Origin: Deferribacteres bacterium | Lineage (GTDB): Bacteria; Zhuqueibacterota; Zhuqueibacteria; Zhuqueibacterales; Geothermadaptataceae | Length of the DNA: 64,000 nucleotides | Direction: 5' to 3' | Assembly (NCBI GenBank): GCA_020633655.1 | Contig: JACKDF010000002.1 | Coordinates: forward strand, 75,895-139,894 | Shown here: positions 1 through 9,104 of the stretch, piece after piece | Position numbering within the stretch: position 1 is the first letter of the stretch | Layout: each line of letters begins with the position of its first letter | Notes under the pieces: generated by a model | What the model was told of the DNA's origin: nothing | Seen by the model: only the letters and a program-made list of their open reading frames with translations | Database searches by the model: none | Made by a program: the position numbers and the translations under genes

Positions 1-100
1 TGCAGGCAGGCTCAACGTCCGGTTTATCCCATTTTCGACAGCATCGACGGGGTCTAAATCCTGTCTGTGTTTGTATTGCACAACAATAAAAGGAATTCCA

Positions 101-580
101 ATGAATTTGAAGGAAAAAATAGTTAGTCTGAATCAGGCAATTAAAATTCGTGCCCAATGGAAAGCGGCGAATGAAAAAGTCGTTTTTACCAACGGGTGTT
201 TTGATATTTTACATCCTGGGCACGTTTTATATTTAAATGAAGCGCGTTTGATGGGTGATCATATGATTCTCGGTCTTAATACGGACGCCTCGGTGAAACG
301 CTTGAAAGGACCGACGCGACCGATTCAATCAGAAAACGATCGTGCCATTGTTGCATCCGGCTTATGGGCCATCGATCTCATCGTCTTGTTCGATGAGGAC
401 ACCCCTTTTAATCTGATCACAACTTTAATGCCCGATGTGCTTGTAAAAGGCGGCGATTATACCTTCGATACCATCGTCGGAGCGCCGGAAGTAGCCGCTG
501 CCGGTGGTGAAGTACGAACCATCGATTTTGTCGAAGGAAAATCAACAACACGTATAATATCTAAAATGACAGAAAAGTAG
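101..580 (+). CDS. hldC: D-glycero-beta-D-manno-heptose 1-phosphate adenylyltransferase (stand-alone RfaE/HldE domain II, cytidylyltransferase fold)
   Basis: ORF 71..580. NGCFDILHPGH nucleotidyltransferase motif, LNTDASVKRLKG and VKGGDY are collinear with the C-terminal half of E. coli HldE. The ATG at 101 (MNLKEK) is preferred over the TTG at 71. Confidence 0.85.
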   Translation: MNLKEKIVSLNQAIKIRAQWKAANEKVVFTNGCFDILHPGHVLYLNEARLMGDHMILGLNTDASVKRLKGPTRPIQSENDRAIVASGLWAIDLIVLFDEDTPFNLITTLMPDVLVKGGDYTFDTIVGAPEVAAAGGEVRTIDFVEGKSTTRIISKMTEK

Positions 581-640
581 CCGGAATACCGAAGTAAGTA
601 TTATAGCACTCGGAAAAATTCCGCTTTGCAAAGTGAAATA

Positions 641-705
641 GAAACCCTGAACCCTGTAACCTTTAACTTGTAACCTGAAACCTCAAACCCAAAGCCCGAA
701 ACCTC
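641..705 (+). repeat. About 9 tandem degenerate heptamers (consensus GWAACCT) filling the leader directly up to the hldA ATG
   Basis: gaaaccct gaaccct gtaacct ttaactt gtaacct gaaacct caaaccc aaagccc gaaacct c-ATG. Confidence 0.85.
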
Positions 706-1722
706 ATGACACCAGAAAAATTGAATTCTCTTTTCGATCGAATAAAAGAAACACGTATCGCCGTAATCGGTGATTTCTGCCTTGATGTTTATTGGGAAAT
801 TGACATGTCGACCTCAGAAATTTCCATCGAGACCGGCCTGCCAACTTACCCTGTTCGAACGCAACGATATTCCCTCGGTGGTGCTGGAAATGTTGTTGCA
901 AATCTCGCAGCCCTTGGAGTGAAAGAAATTTCCGCTTTTGCCGTCCTTGGCCATGATATGTTTGCTAGCGAATTGCTTGCCCAGCTAAATCAATTCGGGG
1001 TGAATTTAAAAGGTATCCAATTTCAAAACGTGGAGTGGGATACGCCTGTTTACATTAAACGGATTCGCGATGGCAAAGAACGCAGTCGAATTGATTTCAG
1101 TAATTTCAATAGGTTGCAGGACGCAGTGGCGGAGAAGATTATCGTGGCACTGCAAAAAAATTTGGCACACTTTGACATTGTTATTGTCAATCAACAACTC
1201 ATTCATGGATTGCACTCGCCTCACTTTCGACAGCTTCTCGCGGCGCTCATCAAAACGAATAAAGAAAAATTATTTTTGCTGGACAGCCGTGATTGCGGAA
1301 ATGATTATGATGGAAGCATCCGGAAAATAAATGAGCATGAAGCCATGAGTTTATGCGGGGAGCAGGCTGCGCCAGATACAAAAATCAGCGAACAAAAAGT
1401 CACAGAAGCAGCTAGAGAATTAGCAAAACGCTGGCAGGAAGTTTTTTTTATAACGCGTGGGGAAAATGGCCTTTTTGTTGTGGATAATGACACCGTAACC
1501 GAAATACCAGCCGTTATCGTGCAGGGGGAAGTTGATACTGTTGGCGCTGGTGATACAATGCTTGCTGCTATTGCAGCTACACTGGCAGCGGGCGGGAGTT
1601 TTCAGGATGCAGGTGAGTTAGGGGCACTTGCTACAGCGATCACCGTAAAAAAACTCCATCAGTGCGGGACAGCATCACCGCAGGAAATAAAGGTATTGCA
1701 GGAGACGCAAGGCGTTGTTTAA
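706..1722 (+). CDS. hldA: D-glycero-beta-D-manno-heptose 7-phosphate kinase (stand-alone RfaE/HldE domain I, PfkB/ribokinase fold)
   Basis: IAVIGDFCLDVYW, GGAGNVVANLAALG and the C-terminal DTVGAGDTMLAAIAATLAAG motif are collinear with the N-terminal half of E. coli HldE. Confidence 0.8.
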   Translation: MTPEKLNSLFDRIKETRIAVIGDFCLDVYWEIDMSTSEISIETGLPTYPVRTQRYSLGGAGNVVANLAALGVKEISAFAVLGHDMFASELLAQLNQFGVNLKGIQFQNVEWDTPVYIKRIRDGKERSRIDFSNFNRLQDAVAEKIIVALQKNLAHFDIVIVNQQLIHGLHSPHFRQLLAALIKTNKEKLFLLDSRDCGNDYDGSIRKINEHEAMSLCGEQAAPDTKISEQKVTEAARELAKRWQEVFFITRGENGLFVVDNDTVTEIPAVIVQGEVDTVGAGDTMLAAIAATLAAGGSFQDAGELGALATAITVKKLHQCGTASPQEIKVLQETQGVV

Positions 1723-1824
1723 CAAGTGTGTCGAAATGCATGCAACCGGTCGGTCCTTCTCTGATACATCTATTCTAAAAATTCACCAATTACGTACCTA
1801 ATCCTAAAAGAATACGAATTTATT

Positions 1825-2757
1825 ATGGCATCTATATTTGATAAATTTCCCGGCCGCCAGGGCCTGCTTGAAAAACCAGTTGTTGTAGAAAACACAAATG
1901 GTAATGTAATTATTGTGCGCGAATTTGATCGCAGCGCCTTATCTGTCGGTCTTTTTGATTTCGACGGAACTATTTCAGATGAACGTGTGGGTTGGCCAAA
2001 TCTGATGGTGGCTAGCAATATGGCTTTTCTCATCGCTTTGTCCTCGCCGCAACTACCCCATAAAACTGCAGAAAAAATGGTGATTGAAGATATCGAAAAA
2101 ACCATTGGTATTCCGACTTACATGCAGATGAAACGCTTGCGCACCATGATCGAAAACAGCGGTTATACCGGCCAGGAACTGGATCCGAAAATGTTCAAGG
2201 ATGCTTACAATGATGCACTCGTCAGTATGGTTGCCAGCCGTCGTGCAAAACTTGGAACCGGTGAAATGACACGCGATGATTTGCTCATTCCCGGCGCTGC
2301 CGAACTGTTACCGCAATTGCAAAAAAAGCTGCCCAAGGGCATATATCTCGCCAGCGGCACCGATGAGACCGCAGTAATGGAAAGCGTCGAAGAACTCGGT
2401 TTTTCGAAATATTTCCCCCGGGAGCGTATTGTTGGCGCGGGCACCCTGGCGCCGGAAAAGGATGCCAAGGAAGCGGTGATCAACAATATGCTGCACAATA
2501 AAGGCATTCGCGGGGAGGAATTGTTGACGTTTGGTGATGGCTTCCCCGAGGTTTTGTATACACATCTCGCTGGCGGAGTCGCTGTGGGTGTTGTGAGCCG
2601 GGACAAGAGCCATTACGAGCACCAGGGGCATTTTACGATTGAGCAAAAGGAACAGCGGCTCATAAACGCCGGTGCCCATATCATCGTGCGAAATCCTTTT
2701 GAAAATGTGCAGTTACTGCTTGAGACGATCTTTACGGGACATGACGTTCGGAACTAA
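1825..2757 (+). CDS. HAD-superfamily hydrolase (phosphatase-like), substrate unknown
   Basis: FDFDGTISD (DxDGT motif I), LASGTDE (motif II) and FGDG near the C-terminus. At 310 aa it is longer than GmhB, so it is not assigned as gmhB. Confidence 0.6.
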   Translation: MASIFDKFPGRQGLLEKPVVVENTNGNVIIVREFDRSALSVGLFDFDGTISDERVGWPNLMVASNMAFLIALSSPQLPHKTAEKMVIEDIEKTIGIPTYMQMKRLRTMIENSGYTGQELDPKMFKDAYNDALVSMVASRRAKLGTGEMTRDDLLIPGAAELLPQLQKKLPKGIYLASGTDETAVMESVEELGFSKYFPRERIVGAGTLAPEKDAKEAVINNMLHNKGIRGEELLTFGDGFPEVLYTHLAGGVAVGVVSRDKSHYEHQGHFTIEQKEQRLINAGAHIIVRNPFENVQLLLETIFTGHDVRN

Positions 2758-5566
2758 TTTATTTGGAGAACCACCCTTGAAAAACAAAAAAACGTTGCAC
2801 GTCATCAGCAATTCTCACTGGGACCGGGAATGGGGGTATCCCTTCGAAGAAACCCGTCTTCTTCTTTTAGATTTTGTCGATGAACTCCTCGATTTGCTGG
2901 ATAACGATCCCGATTTCCAGTCGTTCACTTTCGATTCGCAAATGCTGGCGCTGCTTGACTATCTTGAATTGCGTCCGGAAAATCTTGATCGGGTAGAGAA
3001 GCATGTGCGCAGTGGCAGGCTTATTATCGGTCCGTGGTATTCGCTGCCGGAAGAATATCTCGTTAATGGCGAGTCGCTGGTGCGCAATCTCATCGTCGGG
3101 CATCGCAAAGCGTCGGAGTTTGGCGCGGTGTCGAAAATCGGCTACACGCCGTTCAGTTATGGCCAAACTTCTCAAATAGCCCAGATTTACAACGGGTTTG
3201 GCATCGATACGATTATCTTTTATCGCGGTATCAACACGCCGAAAAGCGAATTTTTACTGGAAGGCCCGGACGGCTCACGACTTCTCGGCATGCGCTTCGG
3301 TTGCCTGAGCCGTTTCAGCTACTATTTTTACATCTACCGCCAGGTACGTTATGGCATGGACAGAGATGACTGGTTCTACCGCTGGGATCGCGGTGCCGCA
3401 CCCTTCCGCATGGCTAACGATTCCCGGCCGCGGGAGCATTATTACATTCTCAACGATCAGAAAAAACAGTGGAATACGGACATTATCCCCGAACAAATAA
3501 AGCAACTCATCGCGGATGAATCGGAACATTTCACCACCAGCCACATCGCCTGCATGCAGGGATTCGATGCATCTAATCCGGACCCGAAAGAATCGGACTT
3601 GATTAAACTGTGCCAGCAAGCGGCGCCGGAACATGAAATCAAACTGTCCAATTTGAGTGATTATATGAATGCCATGCGTGCGGAAATCGGAGAGTTGGAA
3701 CCGTTGACTGGCGAAAGCCGTGATCCCGGTGCAGTCGGTAAATGGACGCATTTGTACGGCGATGTCATCAGTGCCCGCACCCGCTTGAAACTCGCCAACC
3801 ATCGGGCTGAGCTGGATATTCAGCGATGCGCTGAACCGTGGAGCGCCATCGGCGCCTGGACTGGTGGACAATATTATCGCACCGCACTCGAACGTGCCTG
3901 GATTTTATTGCTGAAAAACCATCCGCACGACACCCTCACCGGTGGGGGAATTGACCAGATGGAAAAAGATTCGCTTTTCCGTGCGGACCAGATCAACATC
4001 ATTTCCCAGGGCGTGATGCGTCGCGGTATGCAGCAGGTACAGCGGCAAATCAATAACGGTGATTTAACCGAAAAAGACAGTGTGTTAACCGTGTTCAATT
4101 CGACGCCCTTTCCACGGCAGGGCGTTATCTCAGCATTGGTTGATATGCCCGCCGAAACAGGATTTGAGGCATTCAGCATTTGTTCACCGCAAGGTGAGCG
4201 AAAGGAAATGCAGGTGAAAAGTGAATTTCCTTTTGGCACCCTTATTCGCAATCTACAGGACATTTCCCTCGAATTGCGCTCGCAGCGGGTGCATTGCCAT
4301 TTCGAGACCGATGCTATTCCGGCCTTTGGCTACAAAACCTACCATCTGGTGCGCGAGCAGAAAAACGCCTTCGTTCCCGGTTCGATTCTGCAAGAAACCA
4401 ATGTTCTGGAAAACGAAAACCTGCGCGCAAAATTCAACAGCGATGGCACTCTTGATCTAACCCACAAAAAGAGCGGCCACACTTTCACCGGGTTGCATTT
4501 TCTCGAAGACAGTGGCGAAGCCGGGCATTCGTGGATTCACAAAAAACCGGATACCAATCAGATCATCACCTCTCATGGCTGTGCATCGACGATTTCGGTG
4601 GAAGAAGCCGGGCCACTGCTTGCCACGATTCGCATCGACTATCACATGCACATTCCCGTCGGCATTGAAAATGCGATGAATGCACAGGACCGCAGTGAAT
4701 TTCGCAATGATGTGCGCCGCAGCAGCGTAATGCGCACGCTCGTAGTCAGCAGCTATTTCACCCTGCGCAAAGGCGCCCAGCGTCTCGATGTTACAACCAA
4801 ACTCAACAACACCTGCCGTGATCACCGCTTGCGTGTCGTTTTTCCTACCCGACTCGAAACCGATGCCACACACGCTGAAATCAGCTACGATGTGGTGGCC
4901 CGCGACATTCACGTCAAAGAAGGCAATGCCTACTACGGCAAAGAAAATCCAACCTATCCCATGCACCGCTTTGTCGATATGACCGACGGCAAAATCGGGC
5001 TGGCTGTGCTCAACACAGGCATCCGTGAATACGAGGCCATGGATACAACAGACAGACCGCTGGCAATCACTTTATTGCGTGCTTTTGTCTATCGCAACTG
5101 CCCGGTTATCGGCCGCTATGAGGTGCATCCGGAAATGGAACTGGCACAATGCCCCGGGGAGTTGGAATGGACGTACGCGCTCTATCCCCACGAAGGCGAC
5201 TGGCATAATGGCGTCTACCAACAGGCGGAAGATTTAAACATGCCTTTGGAAGTCGCACAAGCTGGCGCGCAACCCGGGACGTTGCCAAAGGAAGCGAGCT
5301 TTTTCGAGTTGCAAGGCGACAACCTGCAATTTTCTGCGCTCAAACAAGCGGAAGACCGGCCTGACTCATGGATAGTACGAGTGTTCAATCCGACAGATTC
5401 TCCGGTAAACGGCAACCTCACATTCATGCAGGAAGTGAAGTCAGCCTGGTTGTGTAATCTGAACGAAGAGCGACAGCATGAAGTGGAGGTAGCATCACAC
5501 AGCATTCCCTTAACTATTGCGAAGAAAAAAATCGAGACGATTGAATTTGTGTTAAAAAATAAATAG
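2741..5566 (+). CDS. Glycoside hydrolase family 38 (MngB-like alpha-mannosidase / mannosylglycerate hydrolase family)
   Basis: HVISNSHWDREWGYPFEE, GRLIIGPWYSLPEEYLVNGESLVRNL and IGYTPFSYGQTSQIAQIYNGFGIDTIIFYRG closely parallel the N-terminus of E. coli MngB. The start at ATG 2741 (MTFGTN) overlaps the upstream stop by 17 nt; the ORF-track start at 2672 is probably an extension. Confidence 0.85.
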   Translation: MTFGTNLFGEPPLKNKKTLHVISNSHWDREWGYPFEETRLLLLDFVDELLDLLDNDPDFQSFTFDSQMLALLDYLELRPENLDRVEKHVRSGRLIIGPWYSLPEEYLVNGESLVRNLIVGHRKASEFGAVSKIGYTPFSYGQTSQIAQIYNGFGIDTIIFYRGINTPKSEFLLEGPDGSRLLGMRFGCLSRFSYYFYIYRQVRYGMDRDDWFYRWDRGAAPFRMANDSRPREHYYILNDQKKQWNTDIIPEQIKQLIADESEHFTTSHIACMQGFDASNPDPKESDLIKLCQQAAPEHEIKLSNLSDYMNAMRAEIGELEPLTGESRDPGAVGKWTHLYGDVISARTRLKLANHRAELDIQRCAEPWSAIGAWTGGQYYRTALERAWILLLKNHPHDTLTGGGIDQMEKDSLFRADQINIISQGVMRRGMQQVQRQINNGDLTEKDSVLTVFNSTPFPRQGVISALVDMPAETGFEAFSICSPQGERKEMQVKSEFPFGTLIRNLQDISLELRSQRVHCHFETDAIPAFGYKTYHLVREQKNAFVPGSILQETNVLENENLRAKFNSDGTLDLTHKKSGHTFTGLHFLEDSGEAGHSWIHKKPDTNQIITSHGCASTISVEEAGPLLATIRIDYHMHIPVGIENAMNAQDRSEFRNDVRRSSVMRTLVVSSYFTLRKGAQRLDVTTKLNNTCRDHRLRVVFPTRLETDATHAEISYDVVARDIHVKEGNAYYGKENPTYPMHRFVDMTDGKIGLAVLNTGIREYEAMDTTDRPLAITLLRAFVYRNCPVIGRYEVHPEMELAQCPGELEWTYALYPHEGDWHNGVYQQAEDLNMPLEVAQAGAQPGTLPKEASFFELQGDNLQFSALKQAEDRPDSWIVRVFNPTDSPVNGNLTFMQEVKSAWLCNLNEERQHEVEVASHSIPLTIAKKKIETIEFVLKNK

Positions 5567-5729
5567 ACTTGCTTACCTATGACCGATGGGGGCTGAGTCA
5601 AAATATGATTTATTGAGCGTAACTCGACATTTATGTCGAAAGCTTAGCCTCAAAAATGAGCGACATGAATGTCGCGTTACGTCTTTTGGCTAAGCCCCCA
5701 TCCGTACCCGATTTAGTGGGAAAGTACGG

Positions 5730-5769
5730 GAATTCGCCAGAATTCGGGTTCGTGAATTCTGGCGAATTC
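5730..5769. repeat. Perfect 16-bp inverted repeat (gaattcgccagaattc / gaattctggcgaattc, 8-nt loop) carrying four GAATTC sites, 15 nt upstream of the 5785 start codon
   Basis: Read directly from the sequence. It is part of a heavily self-complementary intergenic region at 5567..5784. Confidence 0.9.
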
Positions 5770-5784
5770 AGCTACGGAGAACGA

Positions 5785-6339
5785 ATGAAAATTTCTGTCT
5801 ACATAGCCACAAGTCTCGACGGATTCATCGCCCGTAAAAACGGTGATTTGGACTGGCTGCCCGGTTCGGACGGCCAGGGTGACCATTCTGAAGATTATGG
5901 TTATGCAAAATTTATCGAAACCATCGATATGCTGGTGATGGGGCGCAATACGTTTGAAAAAGTGCTGTTGTTTGGTCAGTGGCCTTACGGGGACAGACGG
6001 TGCGTTGTGTTAACATCCCGGGATTTAACGATTCCTGAAAACATGGCTGCACACGCCCTCGCGCGCAATGCACAACCCAAAGAATTGATCAGCGAACTGG
6101 AGGAGATGGGCGTGCAGCGCGTCTGGCTCGATGGGGGCAAAACAATTCAGCATTTTCTCCGTGAAGGATGGGTGGATGAACTGATAATCACCCGCGTGCC
6201 CGTTCTCATTGGCAACGGGATTCCACTTTTTGGTCATACTTTAAATGATATAAACTTACAGCATATTGAAACCGTTTCATTTGAAAGCGGATTTGTGCAG
6301 AGTCGGTATGCTTTTGTGAGAAAACCAGAAGTAAATTGA
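5785..6339 (+). CDS. Dihydrofolate reductase-like / RibD C-terminal domain family protein
   Basis: MKISVYIATSLDGFIARKNGDLDWL ... VMGRNTF ... LDGGKTIQHFL ... DELIITRVPVLIGNGIPLF is typical of the RibD_C family. ATG 5785 with the GGAGA RBS is preferred over ORF-track start 5656. Confidence 0.75.
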   Translation: MKISVYIATSLDGFIARKNGDLDWLPGSDGQGDHSEDYGYAKFIETIDMLVMGRNTFEKVLLFGQWPYGDRRCVVLTSRDLTIPENMAAHALARNAQPKELISELEEMGVQRVWLDGGKTIQHFLREGWVDELIITRVPVLIGNGIPLFGHTLNDINLQHIETVSFESGFVQSRYAFVRKPEVN

Positions 6340-6457
6340 AGTGAATAAGCGTTTAACCAGGTGCGACGCACTTTCTTCCAATAGGCCTGCTAATTTTTGA
6401 TGATGTCTGGAAATTTCGGTATGAAATGCGTCGCACCTTTTATGGAGAGAGCGAATT

Positions 6458-7567
6458 ATGAAAAAGTCAATTTCTGTATTAGGCAAGTTTGTAATTGGTT
6501 TTTTAGTCGGGTTCATTATTTTTCGATTCATATCCTGCACACCCGAAACGAAAACGGCGGACAAGAAAATGCATGAAAGTGTACTGAAATCTGAATTTGT
6601 TTTTGAGCTGGAAAATGCGCCAACACCGGAATGCCATGCATCGACAGTCGCTGAGTCGAAAGAAGGCCTGGTAGCAGCCTGGTTTGCCGGCACAAAGGAA
6701 AAAAACAAAGACGTCGGTATCTGGGTTTCACGTCTGGAAGGGACGAACTGGACGGCGCCGGTTGAAGTCGTGAATGGGGTGCAGGACGATGGCACACGTT
6801 ACCCGTGCTGGAACCCGGTTCTGTTTCAGCCTGAAGACCATTCTCTGATGCTTTTCTACAAAGTCGGCCCAAGCCCGCGGGAATGGTGGGGCATGCTGGT
6901 CACTTCAGACGATGGTGGCAAAACATGGTCCGCACCAGAAAAACTACCTGAAGGCATACTTGGCCCAATCAAAAATAAACCTGTGCAACTGGCCAACGGC
7001 GATTTACTTTGTCCCACAAGTACCGAGCACGACGGCTGGAGAGTGCAAATTGAGCGTACAGCGGATTTCGGTAAAACATGGACGACAACGGGTGATTTGA
7101 ATGACGGTAAAGAAATCGGCGCAATTCAACCATCGATATTATTCCATGCAGATAGTCAATTGCAAATCCTGTGCAGGACGAAAAACGAATTTATCTCCGA
7201 AAGCTGGTCCAATGACAATGGCGAAACCTGGAGCCCGATGACGATGACAGACCTGCCAAATCCCAACTCCGGTATAGACGCAGTCACATTGAAAGATGGC
7301 CGCCAACTTCTCATTTACAATCCAACAAACGGCGATTGGGGCGCTCGCGTGCCGTTGAGCGTGGCGATTTCACCCGATGGCAAAAAATGGACACGCGTCT
7401 TCGACCTGGAACCGGTAACGAACCCTGATACCGTGGACGATGAAGAGTATTCCTATCCGGGCGTTATTCAGACTGCGGATGGATTGGTGCATATTGTGTA
7501 TACCTGGAATCGTAAATCTGTGCGGCATGTTGTGCTCGATCCGGCGAAGTTGGAGGGTGTTGAATAA
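6458..7567 (+). CDS. BNR/Asp-box exo-alpha-sialidase-like glycosidase with N-terminal membrane anchor or signal
   Basis: Asp-box motifs SDDGGKTW, ADFGKTW, SNDNGETW and SPDGKKW. The C-terminal YSYPGVIQTADGLVHIVYTW is typical of the BNR-repeat-like sialidase domain. Hydrophobic N-terminus. Confidence 0.7.
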   Translation: MKKSISVLGKFVIGFLVGFIIFRFISCTPETKTADKKMHESVLKSEFVFELENAPTPECHASTVAESKEGLVAAWFAGTKEKNKDVGIWVSRLEGTNWTAPVEVVNGVQDDGTRYPCWNPVLFQPEDHSLMLFYKVGPSPREWWGMLVTSDDGGKTWSAPEKLPEGILGPIKNKPVQLANGDLLCPTSTEHDGWRVQIERTADFGKTWTTTGDLNDGKEIGAIQPSILFHADSQLQILCRTKNEFISESWSNDNGETWSPMTMTDLPNPNSGIDAVTLKDGRQLLIYNPTNGDWGARVPLSVAISPDGKKWTRVFDLEPVTNPDTVDDEEYSYPGVIQTADGLVHIVYTWNRKSVRHVVLDPAKLEGVE

Positions 7568-7700
7568 GTTTTTTTGAACACAGATGGGACGGATGAAGCG
7601 GATTGGTTTTGTACCGGGAAAGAATTGAGTTGTTGAGGTTTTTTGCGATACTCAAATAATCTGGGGTGGTGTCAAAAATCGTATAAAAAATTGAAAAAAA

Positions 7701-7729
7701 CTCTGACAGGGTTCCGAACCCTGTCAGAG
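7701..7729. repeat. Hairpin repeat family D copy 1 (ctctgacaggg-ttccgaa-ccctgtcagag)
   Basis: 11-bp perfect stem. A near-identical hairpin occurs at 26788..26816. Confidence 0.85.
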
Positions 7730-7759
7730 TTGGCACTACTCAATTTCAGGATGAACCGT

Positions 7760-9082
7760 ATGAAAAAAATACTCCTATTGTTCGGCGTTATTTTTCTTTC
7801 TCATCCGTCCTTACTAGCCCAGCAATGGCGCCTTGTCGGACTGGATGGAAGAAAAGTGAATGAAATTAAATCAGATCCACAAGATGCAAGTATACTTTAT
7901 GCAAGCTGCACTAGCAGCATCACAAATGGAAACAAAGGCGGCTTATACAAAAGCACAGATGGCGGAGCTACCTGGGAAGTTCTAATTGATGATAATATCA
8001 AGTATTTTGCGATTCATCCAGACAGCTCAAATATCATGTATGCTTGCCGTGGGTATCGTGTTTTCAAAACGACCGACGGCTGGAAAAACTGGTTTTATGC
8101 TGATTCCGGAGCTTATGATGTAACAAAGCCTTCAGACATGTTTGGCCCACTGGTTATTAACCCTGATAATCCTGATGAGTTGCTCATGTCAAAAACTACG
8201 GGTGCTTTTTGGCCAACCAGGATTTTGTACAAAAGCGAAGATGGTGGTAGTAACTGGAGGGAACTGGCGTTCCCTCCTCATGGTGCTTCTGCTATGGTAG
8301 CGGATCCGTTTCTTGAAAACACAGTATACGCTGGAGACAAAGCGACCATCTATGCATATAAAAGTACCGATTTTGGAGAGAGTTGGGAGCAATGGCAGGA
8401 CCCGGGATCAGATGGACGCGATGTAGAAGATATAGGAGTCGTATCCATAGATTCGATTATCTATCATTTTATGGTACGTGGCCTATCGGGATTTTTCATT
8501 TCTCAAGATGGGGGAAAAACGTGGGTACAAAATAATTCTGGTCTTCCACATGGTAGTATACTTACAAAAGTATGTACAGGAATATCTTCAATTTTTATAA
8601 TAAGACGGAAATTAGCTTCAAGTGAATCGGGGATTTATGAAAGTCAAATTAAAAAAATAAGTTGGAAGGTCGTTGGGAATGACTATGATTTTCAAGGCCT
8701 TGGCGTTGTTGCTTTGTACTATTCGTCTTATTTTAATAAGCTGTTCGCAGGAACCGACAATGGATTATATACCTACGATCCGACCCTGAATATAAAATCA
8801 AATGCAACTTCGGCTCTTTCATTCTTTTCATTAAAACAAAATCACCCCAATCCATTTCGTGAGACCACAACCATAGAATACGAACTCACTCGCCCGGCAC
8901 ATGTCGTATTGGATTTATTCGATATAACAGGAAAAAGAATCAAACGTATGGTGAATGCACAAAAAACACAGGGAATTCATAATGTGAACTTTTCAGCAGA
9001 CCAACTCAGCGCAGGCGTTTATTTTTATAGAATAGTCGTAGATTCAGTTTCGGAAATAAAGAAACTTTTGGTACTCAAATAA
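7760..9082 (+). CDS. Secreted Asp-box (BNR/sortilin-like) beta-propeller protein with T9SS C-terminal sorting domain; paralogue 1 of 3
   Basis: Signal peptide MKKILLLFGVIFLSHPSLLAQQW. Asp-boxes STDGGATW, SEDGGSNW, STDFGESW and SQDGGKTW. C-terminal QNHPNPFRETTTIEYEL...GVYFYRIV...KKLLVLK. The start at 7760 was chosen by homology to the two paralogues. Confidence 0.75.
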   Translation: MKKILLLFGVIFLSHPSLLAQQWRLVGLDGRKVNEIKSDPQDASILYASCTSSITNGNKGGLYKSTDGGATWEVLIDDNIKYFAIHPDSSNIMYACRGYRVFKTTDGWKNWFYADSGAYDVTKPSDMFGPLVINPDNPDELLMSKTTGAFWPTRILYKSEDGGSNWRELAFPPHGASAMVADPFLENTVYAGDKATIYAYKSTDFGESWEQWQDPGSDGRDVEDIGVVSIDSIIYHFMVRGLSGFFISQDGGKTWVQNNSGLPHGSILTKVCTGISSIFIIRRKLASSESGIYESQIKKISWKVVGNDYDFQGLGVVALYYSSYFNKLFAGTDNGLYTYDPTLNIKSNATSALSFFSLKQNHPNPFRETTTIEYELTRPAHVVLDLFDITGKRIKRMVNAQKTQGIHNVNFSADQLSAGVYFYRIVVDSVSEIKKLLVLK

Positions 9083-9104
9083 TTCTAATTTCAGGAGGAA
9101 TCGT

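Noticed and set aside
1-57. Possible 3' end of an upstream + strand gene (…CRQAQRPVYPIFDSIDGV*)
   Set aside because: Only 18 codons are visible, and the stretch overlaps a copy of the dispersed caggctcaacgtcc repeat motif. It cannot be supported.
3275-3871. 198-aa minus-strand ORF; the same applies to 20869..21477 (202 aa), 29349..29969 (206 aa), 19310..19852 (180 aa) and 56948..57475 (175 aa)
   Set aside because: All are embedded antisense in confidently identified genes (GH38, penicillin acylase, asnA, FucI-like, GH13).
7731-7746. TGGCAC hexamer upstream of paralogue 1 as a sigma-54 promoter
   Set aside because: The -12 element is absent: TGGCAC-tactc-AATT has no TTGC at the required spacing.
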